64,000 nt of DNA from contig JACOYB010000004.1 in the NCBI GenBank assembly GCA_016182085.1, positions 339,923 to 403,922 on the forward strand. Direction: 5' to 3'. Every line of letters begins with the position of its first letter. Position 1 is the stretch's first letter. The DNA is from Candidatus Magasanikiibacteriota bacterium. Its GTDB lineage: Bacteria > Patescibacteriota > Patescibacteriia > Magasanikbacterales > GWA2-37-8. Below, in pieces: positions 29,979 to 39,946 of the stretch. A program made the position numbers and the translations under genes. Under the pieces are notes generated by a model that was not told the DNA's origin, made no database searches, and worked only from the letters and a program-made list of their open reading frames with translations.

Positions 29979-30659
29979 ATGGATAACCGCAAAGATAAAT
30001 TACTGACTTTGGTTATAGAAAGCTATATTAAAAATGCCGAACCAATCGGCTCAAAATTTTTAGTTTCGTTCGGTGATTTGGATTTTAGCGAAGCCACCGT
30101 ACGCAATGAACTGCGCGCTTTAGAAGAAGAAGGATACCTTACGCATCCGCATACCTCGGCCGGCAGAATTCCAACCGAAAAAGGTTATCGTCATTACGTA
30201 AATCAATTAAATTTGGAAAAAAGCAGCATTCCAAGAAATGATTATAAAACCCTAGCCGACTCTTTTTCTGAAAATCAAGATTATGAATTGTCTGTAAAAA
30301 ATTTGGCCAAAGCCGCTGTGGAACTCTCCAACGAAACAGTTATTATCGCTTTTTCCTCGGAAAAAGTGTATTATACCGGCTTGTCAAACTTATTTAATAA
30401 ATCAGAATTCGGTGATTTAAATGCCGTAACAAACATTTCGGAAGTTTTTGATAATTGCGAACAGTATCTGGAGAATTTTTTGGATAAAGTGGAAAATTCT
30501 CCGCGGTATTTCATTGGCAGCGAGAACCCGTTTGATGAAATGTTAAGCGTGATATCGGCTCGATTTGGCAAGGAAGGCATGGTCGCGCTACTCGGTCCAA
30601 AAAGAATGGATTATAGATATAATTTCGGTTTGATTAAAAAATTGCTAGAGATAATCTAG
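29979..30659 (+). CDS. hrcA: Heat-inducible transcription repressor (short form)
   Basis: EPIGSK, SEATVRNEL, PHTSAGRIPTEKGYR, LGPKRMDY. Confidence 0.93.
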   Translation: MDNRKDKLLTLVIESYIKNAEPIGSKFLVSFGDLDFSEATVRNELRALEEEGYLTHPHTSAGRIPTEKGYRHYVNQLNLEKSSIPRNDYKTLADSFSENQDYELSVKNLAKAAVELSNETVIIAFSSEKVYYTGLSNLFNKSEFGDLNAVTNISEVFDNCEQYLENFLDKVENSPRYFIGSENPFDEMLSVISARFGKEGMVALLGPKRMDYRYNFGLIKKLLEII

Positions 30660-30704
30660 GGAGTAGGGCATAGTGAGTGATGAATAGTCAATAACTAAAA
30701 ATAT

Positions 30705-31220
30705 ATGGACGAAGATAATAAAACACAAAACGAAAACCAAGAAGGTGCTGGCAATCCCGCTTGCGAAAATTGCGAAAAGCTAAAAGCCGAAGTGGAAGAG
30801 TATAAGGCTGGTTGGCAGCGAGCGCTCGCGGACTACAAAAATTTACAGAAAGAGACGGTTGATATGCGCGGCGTGTGGGCCAAAGCCAGCGAGCAATATA
30901 TTTTGGAAGAATTTATACCGGTATACGAAAATTTTAAAAAGGCCTTTGCTCATCGGGATGCCATGACTGATGAAAATGGTTGGAAACAATGGGCCGAGGG
31001 TATAGGTTTTATCAAAAAACAATTTGGAGATATATTGAAAAACTATCAAGTTGAAGAAATAAAAACGGTTGGCGAGAAGTTTGATCCTCGTGTCCATGAA
31101 GCAATTGGCGAAGAGTCCAGTGAAGGCGAGTCAAATTTAGTGCTTAAAGAAGTAGAAGGCGGTTATAAAAGAGGGGATAAGATAATTAAAGCGGCACGAG
31201 TAATTATAAGCAAAGCTTGA
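30705..31220 (+). CDS. grpE: Nucleotide exchange factor
   Basis: RALADYKN, FDPRVHEAI, GYKRGDKIIKAARV. Confidence 0.93.
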   Translation: MDEDNKTQNENQEGAGNPACENCEKLKAEVEEYKAGWQRALADYKNLQKETVDMRGVWAKASEQYILEEFIPVYENFKKAFAHRDAMTDENGWKQWAEGIGFIKKQFGDILKNYQVEEIKTVGEKFDPRVHEAIGEESSEGESNLVLKEVEGGYKRGDKIIKAARVIISKA

Positions 31221-31304
31221 AATTACGCCCGCCCGCAACGCTATGCTTGCATTAGCGGGTAGGTCGGGCTTCAAAAAAGAAAATTCTTTTCTTTTTATTC
31301 ACCT
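31206..31304 (+). repeat. AGCTTGAAATTACG-family element supplying the grpE stop, with nested 36-nt palindrome
   Basis: Aligns to 52543-52609 once 31228-31263 is removed. Confidence 0.75.
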
Positions 31305-31441
31305 CGGGGGATATCACCGATGTTGTTAGTACGTTTTTTGGCGGGGATGAAAAGGGAAGCCTGGTTCTTTCAGCCCCTCTTTTTGAAGCGGATAGCCATT
31401 ATGAAGAGTATAAAAAAGTTCTGCAGAAAGCCGAAGATATA

Positions 31442-32035
31442 GTGAATCAGGTTGGTCCGGAAGATTTGGTAGGTTTGGTTAAACACGGCACGGTTGATAT
31501 TACGGTGCTGGCTCGTTTATTTGAAAAGTATATTAAAGAAAATAAATTTGAAAATAATTTTAAAAAATTAGTTGAAGCCTTAACCGAATTAAAGCATTTT
31601 GATTCTGATGATTTTGATTTAAGCAACGAACTGACGGCTGAAACCAAACCCATCAAAGTGTATCCGGTTCTCATGAAATTTAAATCGCTCTTACAAAATA
31701 AAACAATTGAATCTTTGATTGACAAATCCAGTATCCACACTTCGGTGATTCAAGAATTTTTGCGGGCTGCGATTAGAGGTGATATTACGGTGAGCCAGCA
31801 GCTGCAAAATAAGGCCAAGGAAACGCTGGCGAAATTGCCGGATCGCGACATATTGTCTGAAACAGAGTTAATTATTATGGAAGTAAAAGATTATAAAGGC
31901 CTTCAATCTTTAATTGAAAGCGAAATGTTAGATATATATCAATTAAGATCGCTGGCGATGCTGTACCAAGAGGGTAAAAGAAAAGACCCCGGTGGCTGCT
32001 TTACTAAGATTACTCAAGCTCTAAAATTCAGATAA
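31442..32035 (+). CDS. Orphan protein, probably 5'-truncated (frame open from 31256)
   Basis: Protein-like sequence continues upstream of GTG 31442 as far as the repeat element. Confidence 0.55.
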   Translation: MNQVGPEDLVGLVKHGTVDITVLARLFEKYIKENKFENNFKKLVEALTELKHFDSDDFDLSNELTAETKPIKVYPVLMKFKSLLQNKTIESLIDKSSIHTSVIQEFLRAAIRGDITVSQQLQNKAKETLAKLPDRDILSETELIIMEVKDYKGLQSLIESEMLDIYQLRSLAMLYQEGKRKDPGGCFTKITQALKFR

Positions 32036-32069
32036 TGCATAATTCAATTAATAATTTACATTTATTTAT

Positions 32070-33971
32070 ATGTCAAAAGTACTCGGAATTGATCTTGGAA
32101 CTACCAATAGCTGCGTGGCCATCATTGAAGGCGGTCAGCCAAAGGTTTTAGAAAATAAAGAAGGAAATCGCACCACTCCATCGATTGTGGCAATTTCCAA
32201 AACCGGTGAACGCTTGGTTGGGCAGTTGGCCAAACGCCAATCTGTTACCAATCCGCAAAATACATTATATTCCGTAAAGCGTCTGATTGGCCGCCGTTTT
32301 GAAGATACCGAAGTGCAGCGGGATCTGTCTTTACTTCCATATAAAATTGTAAAAAGCGAAGACAAGGTAAAAATAGAAATGCAGGGTAAAGAATATACGC
32401 CGCAGGAAATTTCGGCTATGGTACTGCAAAAATTAAAAGCAGATGCCGAAGAAAAATTAGGCACAACAATTACCGAAGCCGTAATTACCGTGCCGGCCTA
32501 TTTTGATGATTCACAGCGCCAGGCTACCAAAGATGCAGGCACAATTGCCGGTTTAAATGTTTTGCGTATTATCAACGAGCCAACTGCCGCTGCTTTGGCC
32601 TACGGATTTGATAAGAAAAAAGATCAAAAAATCGCTGTCTATGACTTGGGTGGCGGCACATTTGATATTTCTATTTTGGAAGTAAGCGCCGATACGGTAC
32701 AGGTGTTGTCTACTAACGGTGATACTCATCTAGGCGGTGACGATTTTGATCAGGTTGTTATTTCTTGGATTCTGGAAGAATTCAAGAAAGATCAAGGTAT
32801 AAATTTAAGCAAAGACCCGTTAGCTTTGCAGCGTATTAAGGAGGCCGCGGAAAAAGCAAAAATAGAACTTTCTACAGCTCAAGAAACCGAAATCAACCAG
32901 CCTTTTATTACCTCTGATTCTTCGGGTCCAAAACATTTGGTAATGAAATTGACACGAGCCAAGTTGGAAGAATTGGTCGGGGATTTGATAGATAAAACCC
33001 TAGCGCCAGTACGCAAAGCCCTGGAAGATGCGAAGTTAAAACCGGAAGATTTACACGAAATAGTTATGGTTGGGGGTATGACTCGCATGCCGCTTGTGCT
33101 GCAAACCGTAGAAAAGTTTTTTGGCAAAAAACCGAATATCAGCGTTAATCCGGATGAAGTAGTGGCAATTGGCGCGGCGGTGCAAGCCGGTGTCTTAAAG
33201 GGCGAGGTGCATGACGTGTTGCTTTTGGATGTTATCCCGTTGTCATTTGGGCTTGAAACTATGGGTGGAGTGATGACCAAGCTTATTGAACGCAATACCA
33301 CGATTCCTACGTCTAAAAGCCAGGTGTTTTCAACTGCCGCCGACAACCAGCCAGCCGTAGAAATAAATGTTTTGCAAGGTGAACGTCCAATGGCTGCGGA
33401 TAACAAAACTTTGGGCAGATTTATTCTTGACGGCATTCCGCCGGCTCCGCGCGGCGTACCGCAAGTTGAAGTGACTTTTGATATTGACGCCAACGGCATT
33501 TTAAATGTTAAGGCAAAAGACAAAGCTACGAATAAAGAACAGTCAATTCGCATTGAAGCTTCTACCGGCTTATCTAAAGAAGAAATAGAAAAAATGAAAC
33601 AAGATGCCGAAGTGCATGCGGTTGAAGATAAAAAGAAGCAAGAACTTATTGAGGCAAAAAATATTGCCGATACGATGGTGTATACCACCGAAAAAATGAT
33701 GAAAGAAGTGGAAGAAAAGAAAGTTGCCATAACCGAAGATGAAAAAAATAAAGTAAACGAAGCTCTAAAAGCGCTTAAAGAAGTGAAAGATAAAGACGAT
33801 GTTGATTTGATTAAAAAAGCATCGGAAGAATTATCCAAGGCAGCGCAAGTTGTTGGCACCAAAATGTACTCCGCCCAAGGCGGACAGGCAAGCGGACAAG
33901 CTGCTCCGGATACGGAAGAGAAAAAGGATAGCGGTGAACAGGGGCCGATTGAAGGTGAAGTCGTAAAATAG
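32070..33971 (+). CDS. dnaK: Chaperone DnaK
   Basis: [30 protein letters not shown]. Confidence 0.98.
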   Translation: MSKVLGIDLGTTNSCVAIIEGGQPKVLENKEGNRTTPSIVAISKTGERLVGQLAKRQSVTNPQNTLYSVKRLIGRRFEDTEVQRDLSLLPYKIVKSEDKVKIEMQGKEYTPQEISAMVLQKLKADAEEKLGTTITEAVITVPAYFDDSQRQATKDAGTIAGLNVLRIINEPTAAALAYGFDKKKDQKIAVYDLGGGTFDISILEVSADTVQVLSTNGDTHLGGDDFDQVVISWILEEFKKDQGINLSKDPLALQRIKEAAEKAKIELSTAQETEINQPFITSDSSGPKHLVMKLTRAKLEELVGDLIDKTLAPVRKALEDAKLKPEDLHEIVMVGGMTRMPLVLQTVEKFFGKKPNISVNPDEVVAIGAAVQAGVLKGEVHDVLLLDVIPLSFGLETMGGVMTKLIERNTTIPTSKSQVFSTAADNQPAVEINVLQGERPMAADNKTLGRFILDGIPPAPRGVPQVEVTFDIDANGILNVKAKDKATNKEQSIRIEASTGLSKEEIEKMKQDAEVHAVEDKKKQELIEAKNIADTMVYTTEKMMKEVEEKKVAITEDEKNKVNEALKALKEVKDKDDVDLIKKASEELSKAAQVVGTKMYSAQGGQASGQAAPDTEEKKDSGEQGPIEGEVVK

Positions 33972-34028
33972 TATAATATGATAATCCACGGGCGCAAGTC
34001 CGTGGTGTTATCTTAATTTGTTTTTTGT

Positions 34029-34493
34029 ATGCCGGAAGATTTAAACATGGAATCAGCGGTGTTGGAGGAAGAAAATAAGCAAAAGCTAAAACTGTTTAAA
34101 GAGGAAATTAAAAAGATAAAAGAATTTAACGACACTCTTCGAGAGGTAAAAGATGTTGAAAATCTACAATTGGAGGAACGCGAGATTTGGGAAAATTATA
34201 AAAAATCCTTTATGGAGATGGATGTGTTTTTTTCAACTTTTACGCTTGAACTGTATGAAGAAAAAAAAGATGAGTTAGAAAATATTTTTACAAACCTAAA
34301 AAACGCCGGCTATATAAGAAAAAATCGCGGTCAAAAGGATAGGGATGAATTTATAGCATGGGTAAGAAATCGCGTCGGAGGGTTTAATATGTATTTAGAA
34401 AATCTTTTAACATCGGATGATGCATATAGATCGGAAGATTTAGCAGCAATTAAAAATAATATTTTAGAAGAAAAGAAAAAAATTTCGTTATAG
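34029..34493 (+). CDS. Orphan charged helical protein between dnaK and dnaJ
   Basis: 154-aa ORF filling the gap, TATG start, Glu/Lys-rich. Confidence 0.7.
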   Translation: MPEDLNMESAVLEEENKQKLKLFKEEIKKIKEFNDTLREVKDVENLQLEEREIWENYKKSFMEMDVFFSTFTLELYEEKKDELENIFTNLKNAGYIRKNRGQKDRDEFIAWVRNRVGGFNMYLENLLTSDDAYRSEDLAAIKNNILEEKKKISL

Positions 34494-34499
34494 CGACCT

Positions 34500-35582
34500 A
34501 TGTCCAAAGACTATTATAAAATTCTCGGCATTGAAAAAAATGCTTCAGCTGATGAGATAAAAAAAGCCTTTAAAAAAGCGGCCATGCAACACCACCCGGA
34601 TAGGCCGGGCGGGAATGAAGCCAAATTTAAAGAAGTAAATGAAGCCTATCAAGTGCTCAGCGATGCCCAGAAACGCCAGCGTTATGATCAATTTGGCGCT
34701 GATTTTGAGCAACAGGGCGGTTTTGGGCAGGGCACGAATTGGGAGGATGTGATGAGCGCATTTAGAGGCGGAGGTTTTTCCCAAGGCGGTTTCTCTGGCG
34801 GAGATTTCGGAGATATTTTTGGCGATTTATTTGGCGGAGGGCGAAGCCGAGGTCCCGCCAGAGGCCATGATATACAGGTAGATGTGGAAATAGATTTTAA
34901 AGAAGCCGCATTCGGCGTGGAAAAGGAAATCAACTTACGGAAGCAAAATAAATGTGATGTTTGTAAGGGTAGCGGCGGTGAACCTGGCAGTAAAATGGAA
35001 ACTTGCACAACCTGCAATGGCCGAGGACAAGTAACGCAAACTCAGCGCACTTTTTTGGGTGCCATGCAAACGGTGGCAACTTGCGGAGATTGTCATGGTT
35101 TAGGCAAAAAACCTTCTAAAAAATGCAAGCATTGCGGCGGTTCGGGAGTAGTGCAGAGCAGCTCAGCTATTAAAATTAAAATTCCCGGGGGCATTGATGA
35201 TGGCCAGTCAATTAGGCTTGATGGCCAAGGTGAAACGGCCCCGCATGGCGGAAGCGCTGGAAGTTTATATGTGCGCGTGCGAGTTAAGCCTTTAAAAGGT
35301 TTCACGCGTGACGGGTATGACGTATATACCGAAGAAGAAATCAGCTATCCACAGGCAGTTTTAGGTGATAAGATTGATGTGGAAACCCTAGACGGCAGGG
35401 TAACGCTGGTTGTGCCTGAAGGCGTGGAATCCGGGCAGCTTATCAGAATAAAGCATAAGGGTGTACAATACTTGGAAAGAAACGCCCGCGGCGATCAGTA
35501 TGTAAAAATAAAAATACGGGTGCCAAAAAAATTAAGTAAAGAAGCCAAAAAGAAGCTGGAAGAATTGAAAGAAGAGTTATAA
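34500..35582 (+). CDS. dnaJ: Chaperone DnaJ
   Basis: HPD J domain, G/F region, four CxxCxGxG repeats. Confidence 0.98.
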   Translation: MSKDYYKILGIEKNASADEIKKAFKKAAMQHHPDRPGGNEAKFKEVNEAYQVLSDAQKRQRYDQFGADFEQQGGFGQGTNWEDVMSAFRGGGFSQGGFSGGDFGDIFGDLFGGGRSRGPARGHDIQVDVEIDFKEAAFGVEKEINLRKQNKCDVCKGSGGEPGSKMETCTTCNGRGQVTQTQRTFLGAMQTVATCGDCHGLGKKPSKKCKHCGGSGVVQSSSAIKIKIPGGIDDGQSIRLDGQGETAPHGGSAGSLYVRVRVKPLKGFTRDGYDVYTEEEISYPQAVLGDKIDVETLDGRVTLVVPEGVESGQLIRIKHKGVQYLERNARGDQYVKIKIRVPKKLSKEAKKKLEELKEEL

Positions 35583-35609
35583 TATTCGCAGCAATTCTTA
35601 TTTTTGCTT

Positions 35610-36116
35610 ATGAGTAGAAAAAAAACAAAAAAAGAATTTGAAGATTTCTATAACTCCCATATTGACAAAGTATACCGCTTTGTTTTTTTTCGCGTAAATT
35701 GCGACAAAGATCTGGCGCAAGATTTGGTGTCAGAAATATTTATTAAAGCCGTGGAGCATTTTGCGGATTACGACCCAGCCATAAGTAAGACGGCCTGGAT
35801 TATGACCATAACCAGAAATCACTTGGCCAATCATTGGCGGGATAGAAAGCCTACCCTAGCTATCCCCGAGGATGAAACCGGTTTGGCCGAGGGCTTTTGG
35901 CTGCACTCGGCAATTGGGCTGTTTAAGAAGGAGGAGGCCAAACAGGAGCTGAATAGCCTTCTAGAGGGGCTGGATAAGGATAGCCGGGAAATTGTAACCT
36001 TTCACTATATTTTAGGGTATAGTTATGCAGAGATAGCGGAAATGAAGAATATGACCGAAACTGCGGTAAAAGTCGCTGCTCACCGTATTATTAAAAAACT
36101 TTACGCGAATATATAG
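35610..36116 (+). CDS. ECF sigma factor
   Basis: FEDFYNSH, AQDLVSEIFIKA, ITRNHLANHWR, YAEIAEM. Confidence 0.88.
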   Translation: MSRKKTKKEFEDFYNSHIDKVYRFVFFRVNCDKDLAQDLVSEIFIKAVEHFADYDPAISKTAWIMTITRNHLANHWRDRKPTLAIPEDETGLAEGFWLHSAIGLFKKEEAKQELNSLLEGLDKDSREIVTFHYILGYSYAEIAEMKNMTETAVKVAAHRIIKKLYANI

Positions 36117-36144
36117 CAGCCCGGCATATTCGCCTGAACTCAAT

Positions 36145-36969
36145 ATGAAATTTAAAACTAGGTATAATCTTTGGAAATTGAAACGAAGCGCCAGTCCCAG
36201 CTTTGTTTTTAAAGCTGTGTTACGAAAAGATTTGCGTAAAGCCTGGGATGCCGCGCATGGCTCTCCCCATTGGTATGAGTTCCCGTTAATTCATAAAGCC
36301 GTATCAATGGCGGTGGTGGCGCTGCTTTTAACTGGCGCGGGCGGAGCTTACGCGTATAATAGTCCTGAAGTTACGGAAGGTACGCCCCTTTATTCCATTA
36401 AAGAAGCTTTGGAAAATGTGGAAGAAATAACCAGGATTACTCCCGAAGCCAAAGCAAAATTTTATCTGAAGAAAATAGAACGTCGTGAAGCCGAGCGGGA
36501 AGTGATCAAAGAGCGCTTATTGCCGGAAATACAATCTGAAATTGAAAGAATAGAGGTTGAGATCGCGTCAGGTACAAAATCTGAAATAGAAGTAGAAGTG
36601 CAGGAAAAAACAAAAATTAAGGCCGCGGAACGCAAAATTCGCAAGACTGAAAAATCCATAGAAAAAGCTGAGGCACAGTTGGAGAAGACGCAAAAAATAT
36701 TTGAAAAATCCAAATCAAAAAATGTTAAATTACTTCAAGAAGTAAGAAGCAGAATAGAACGAAGTCAGCAGCGCCGAAGGATGCAGGCGGAAATAAAAGC
36801 CGAAACCAAGTTTGAATCTAATATTGAAGAAGGCGTGGTGCCGCCCGAAGAGTCAGAAGTAAGCGGCACAGAGCGTATTGAGCTGCAACCAGCAACACAG
36901 ACAGAGGCAAACACTCAAGAATCCCAACAAGAACAAAGGTCGTTAAAAAGCACTTTTAATTTAAATTAA
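36145..36969 (+). CDS. Putative anti-sigma factor, DUF5667-like membrane protein
   Basis: TM helix, then EGTPLYSIKEALE, similar to PGEWLYSAKRATE in 10384-11724. Confidence 0.65.
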   Translation: MKFKTRYNLWKLKRSASPSFVFKAVLRKDLRKAWDAAHGSPHWYEFPLIHKAVSMAVVALLLTGAGGAYAYNSPEVTEGTPLYSIKEALENVEEITRITPEAKAKFYLKKIERREAEREVIKERLLPEIQSEIERIEVEIASGTKSEIEVEVQEKTKIKAAERKIRKTEKSIEKAEAQLEKTQKIFEKSKSKNVKLLQEVRSRIERSQQRRRMQAEIKAETKFESNIEEGVVPPEESEVSGTERIELQPATQTEANTQESQQEQRSLKSTFNLN

Positions 36970-36988
36970 TTATAAATATATAATTAGT

Positions 36989-37864
36989 ATGCAAAAAAAT
37001 CTTATAGTATCTTTAGTCGCGGTAATGGCTCTGGTATCTTTTGCTCCGGCCCTAACCTTGGCTCGTGAAGACAATGGTGGCAGGGGAGAAGATAAAAAAG
37101 AGCTGGTGGAAATAAAAAAGGAACTTAAAGCAGAAGTAAAATTAGAAAGAGAAGACCTTAAGGCACGCCTAAAAGAGTTAGCCCGATCCCTCAGGTTTGC
37201 TCCTCGAGCGCTTACCATTACCGGTACGCTTGTAGCTATGAGTTCCACCACCCCAACCTCAACCGAAATCACCCTTGATGTTACAAGAGTAACACCGGTT
37301 AGATCTAAAAAAATTCCTACCTCAACGCTGCCATATCCGGAAAAGGGTACAAGAATCGTATTAAAACTTAATGAGAAAACTACTTTGGTAAGAGCTTATG
37401 GCGGGAAGATGAAACTATCAGAAATGAATGTAGGCGATAAGCTTCATATCGTAGCGAAGTTTAAACAGGATGGCACCTTGGACGTAAAAATCGTAAAAGA
37501 TAATTCTCTCCATGTTTTACGTAATAAGAAAGGCATGGTAGAAAGCGTCAATGCGTCCAACTCCTCATTTGTTCTAAAACAGGAAAAGAGAACAGTTACC
37601 GTATATGCAAATAGTCAGACTAAATTTTATATGAAAGGCGCGGCTACCCCGCCAACCTTTGCTAATCTGCAAGTTGGTGACAAGGTAAGCGTGGGAGGTA
37701 TTATAAATATTGATCTTAAGACTGTTGCCGCCAGTTCGGTAACGATACAAAAAAGACCGGTAGTTGTGCCTGCTCCAGGACCAACTTCTACGCCTCCATC
37801 ACCAACTAGTACGCCTACTCCAACTACTACCCCCACCCCGACCACTACTCCTTCATCAACCTAA
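36989..37864 (+). CDS. Secreted protein with DUF5666-like OB-fold repeats and Pro/Thr tail
   Basis: Signal peptide; LSEMNVGDKL and FANLQVGDKV repeats; PT-rich C-terminus. Confidence 0.7.
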   Translation: MQKNLIVSLVAVMALVSFAPALTLAREDNGGRGEDKKELVEIKKELKAEVKLEREDLKARLKELARSLRFAPRALTITGTLVAMSSTTPTSTEITLDVTRVTPVRSKKIPTSTLPYPEKGTRIVLKLNEKTTLVRAYGGKMKLSEMNVGDKLHIVAKFKQDGTLDVKIVKDNSLHVLRNKKGMVESVNASNSSFVLKQEKRTVTVYANSQTKFYMKGAATPPTFANLQVGDKVSVGGIINIDLKTVAASSVTIQKRPVVVPAPGPTSTPPSPTSTPTPTTTPTPTTTPSST

Positions 37865-37877
37865 ATAACTTCAGAAC

Positions 37878-37908
37878 AAAAACATCCCGACTTAGTCGGG
37901 ATGTTTTT
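37878..37908. terminator. Bidirectional terminator, near-identical to 61699-61727
   Basis: AAAAACATCCCGAC-TTA-GTCGGGATGTTTTT. Confidence 0.85.
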
Positions 37909-37918
37909 TTAATTTAAT

Positions 37919-38320
37919 TTACAACCTGTCATCCAAAGCCTTGTTTACCCATCTATCGGCTTCCTTGTTATTCTCACGTCTGGTATGTTTGAAGGTTGTT
38001 TTTTTAAAACCGCTGGCCAGATTAAAAGCCATAATAAATAATTTTTGCAGGCCCGGCTCCCGGACTTTGTATTGTCTGTTCATTTGTTTGGTTACGAGTT
38101 CGCTGTCTAAAATACATTCAACTTCAGTCGCGCCCAATTCCTTGGCTTTTTGCAGCGCGGAAATTAAAGCCGAATACTCAGCGTAGTTATTGGTTTGTTT
38201 TCCCAGCTATTGGCCATAGCCGGCAATAGTGTTGCCACTTGTGTCTTTTATGACCACGCCGAGAGCTGCCGGTCCGGGATTGCCTCTTGCGCCTCCGTCT
38301 GTGTATGATATAAGTTTCAT
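37919..38320 (-). pseudogene. rnhA: Ribonuclease HI interrupted by an in-frame TAG at codon 38
   Basis: MKLISYTDGGARGNPGPAA...GYGQ*LGKQTNNYAEY...DSELV...RENNKEAD; stop at 38209-38207. Confidence 0.85.
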
Positions 38321-38324
38321 ATTT

Positions 38325-38403
38325 GAAATGAGTGAATGAAGTAGACAGTGAAATATTTATAGATCGCTGCGAATGAGAATATATGCGGCGTAGCTCCTAT
38401 ATA
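38325..38403 (-). repeat. CTCATTCGC...CACTCATTTC element abutting the rnhA start
   Basis: Aligns to 44507-44620 with an internal deletion. Confidence 0.75.
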
Positions 38404-38407
38404 ATAT

Positions 38408-39781
38408 TTAGTAGTTTAGTTTCCAAATGCCCGGTTTATTTTTATCTTCAGGTATGAAATAAAATATTTTATTTTCAGAATCAGCCGCTGATTTTTTTAT
38501 TTTTTCATTTATGATTTCATGGCCAACGAGGTAGTAAGGAAATAAAGCCGCGGTCTTATCAGCCCAAGTAAGTCCCAAGGTGTTATGCTCATCGAGCGGC
38601 ACGACTTGTTCCAGATGCTCTCCAGATCGGCTGAGAAGGTATGGTTCCTCGTTTTGGCTATAGCTCCACAGTTCTAGCGGCGACCATAATAGCCACCAGT
38701 TGTTAAATTTTGATATAAAAAATTTATCAGCTTGAATTTTATATTTATAATTTCTACCCGTCAAAATCATTTTTGAATTTTTTTCTGTTTTTATCAGCGC
38801 CGTTTCTTGTCGAGCAATTAAAATGTGTACCTTGGTTTCTGAAGTTATGTCGCCACCCGCAACATCTAAATCCTCGGGAGTTAAGCGATTAAATTCGGAG
38901 CTAAACCCAAGGGTATTTTTAATAATCACATACTCTTGTTTTGATATGTCGTTTTGGATTGTCCATAACTGGCCATTTTCCATATGCCAATCCACATATT
39001 TATTTTCGGTTATTACCTGAGATTTACTCGTAATAGGCGAGTAGGCATATATATTTTCGCCAGTGCCATAGTAGAGCTGCGGTTCAATGGTATTAGACCA
39101 CTGGACTTTTTTAATGCCGGATAGTATTTGCGTCAAATCAGTCAGCCGAGATGGGTTGGATGCGTTAACAACCAACAGGCTGGCATAGCCGTTTTCCGCG
39201 GCGGCAGTTATGAGGGCGTAATTATTCTTTTCCGCCCAAATTATATCCAGAGGTTTGCGGGTATTGATTGTAGATATTAATATATTTTGTCCCAGGTTAT
39301 TATTTCGCAACCAAATTTCCGTGTCGTTTCCTTTTATCAGGGAATACAATATGAACTGGCCATTGTAAGAAAGGAAAAAATTATCTATTTTTTCGTTAAC
39401 TAATAATTGGGGTTTGTTTTTTTTAAGCAGGCGTATGTCTTTTATGTAGTAGGTCTGCTTGTTTTTTACTTCAATTTCCTTGGTCCAGTCCAGATATCCC
39501 GAAGCGGCAATGCGTAAGTTATATTTTGCCGGAACGATGTTGTTTAATCTGATGGGTAATTTTTCCTGTAGCCGTATGCCGTTTAAGTAGACCTCGGTGT
39601 CTTCGGGTTCTATATCAATATTTATAGACCCGGTTTCTTTAAGCAGTCCGTTATGCCAATCATAGCGGTATCCGGCCGTATAGAGGATGATGGTCGGGGA
39701 AATAATAAAAAATAATACGACACATAGAACAAGCAAGGTTAAACGTATCGGACGGGTAAATTTTGTGCCGGGATATTCCAT
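38408..39781 (-). CDS. PEGA-domain membrane protein
   Basis: TM helix, YTAGYRYD...TGSINIDIEPEDTEVYLNG...YNLRIAASGY. Confidence 0.8.
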   Translation of the reverse strand: MEYPGTKFTRPIRLTLLVLCVVLFFIISPTIILYTAGYRYDWHNGLLKETGSINIDIEPEDTEVYLNGIRLQEKLPIRLNNIVPAKYNLRIAASGYLDWTKEIEVKNKQTYYIKDIRLLKKNKPQLLVNEKIDNFFLSYNGQFILYSLIKGNDTEIWLRNNNLGQNILISTINTRKPLDIIWAEKNNYALITAAAENGYASLLVVNASNPSRLTDLTQILSGIKKVQWSNTIEPQLYYGTGENIYAYSPITSKSQVITENKYVDWHMENGQLWTIQNDISKQEYVIIKNTLGFSSEFNRLTPEDLDVAGGDITSETKVHILIARQETALIKTEKNSKMILTGRNYKYKIQADKFFISKFNNWWLLWSPLELWSYSQNEEPYLLSRSGEHLEQVVPLDEHNTLGLTWADKTAALFPYYLVGHEIINEKIKKSAADSENKIFYFIPEDKNKPGIWKLNY

Positions 39782-39946
39782 GTAATTATATAATAATTGA
39801 ATCTTGCCACTTTTGACTTGAAGCAAAATTTATACTATAATTAGTAATCATTACGAAGCGAGTAGAATGGCTTTTTACAGTCATTTTTGAGCCAGTGCTG
39901 AATTATATCCTAGATATACTAACAAAAAACATGGAATAGTCAAAGT

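Noticed and set aside
32879-33997. 372-aa ORF antisense to dnaK
   Set aside because: Antisense shadow frames opposite dnaK are a known artefact; low-complexity Ser/Phe translation
35993-36020. TGTAAC inside the second ECF gene as an internal ECF promoter
   Set aside because: Lacks the CGTC -10 seen at 9766 and lies in constrained coding sequence
37770-37860. Pro/Thr tandem-like repeats
   Set aside because: Ordinary low-complexity linker with degenerate codons
38207-38209. Alternative genetic code (TAG or TGA reassignment)
   Set aside because: Conserved genes end properly at TAG (rpoD, rarA) and TGA (murG, rplI); only one internal stop was seen
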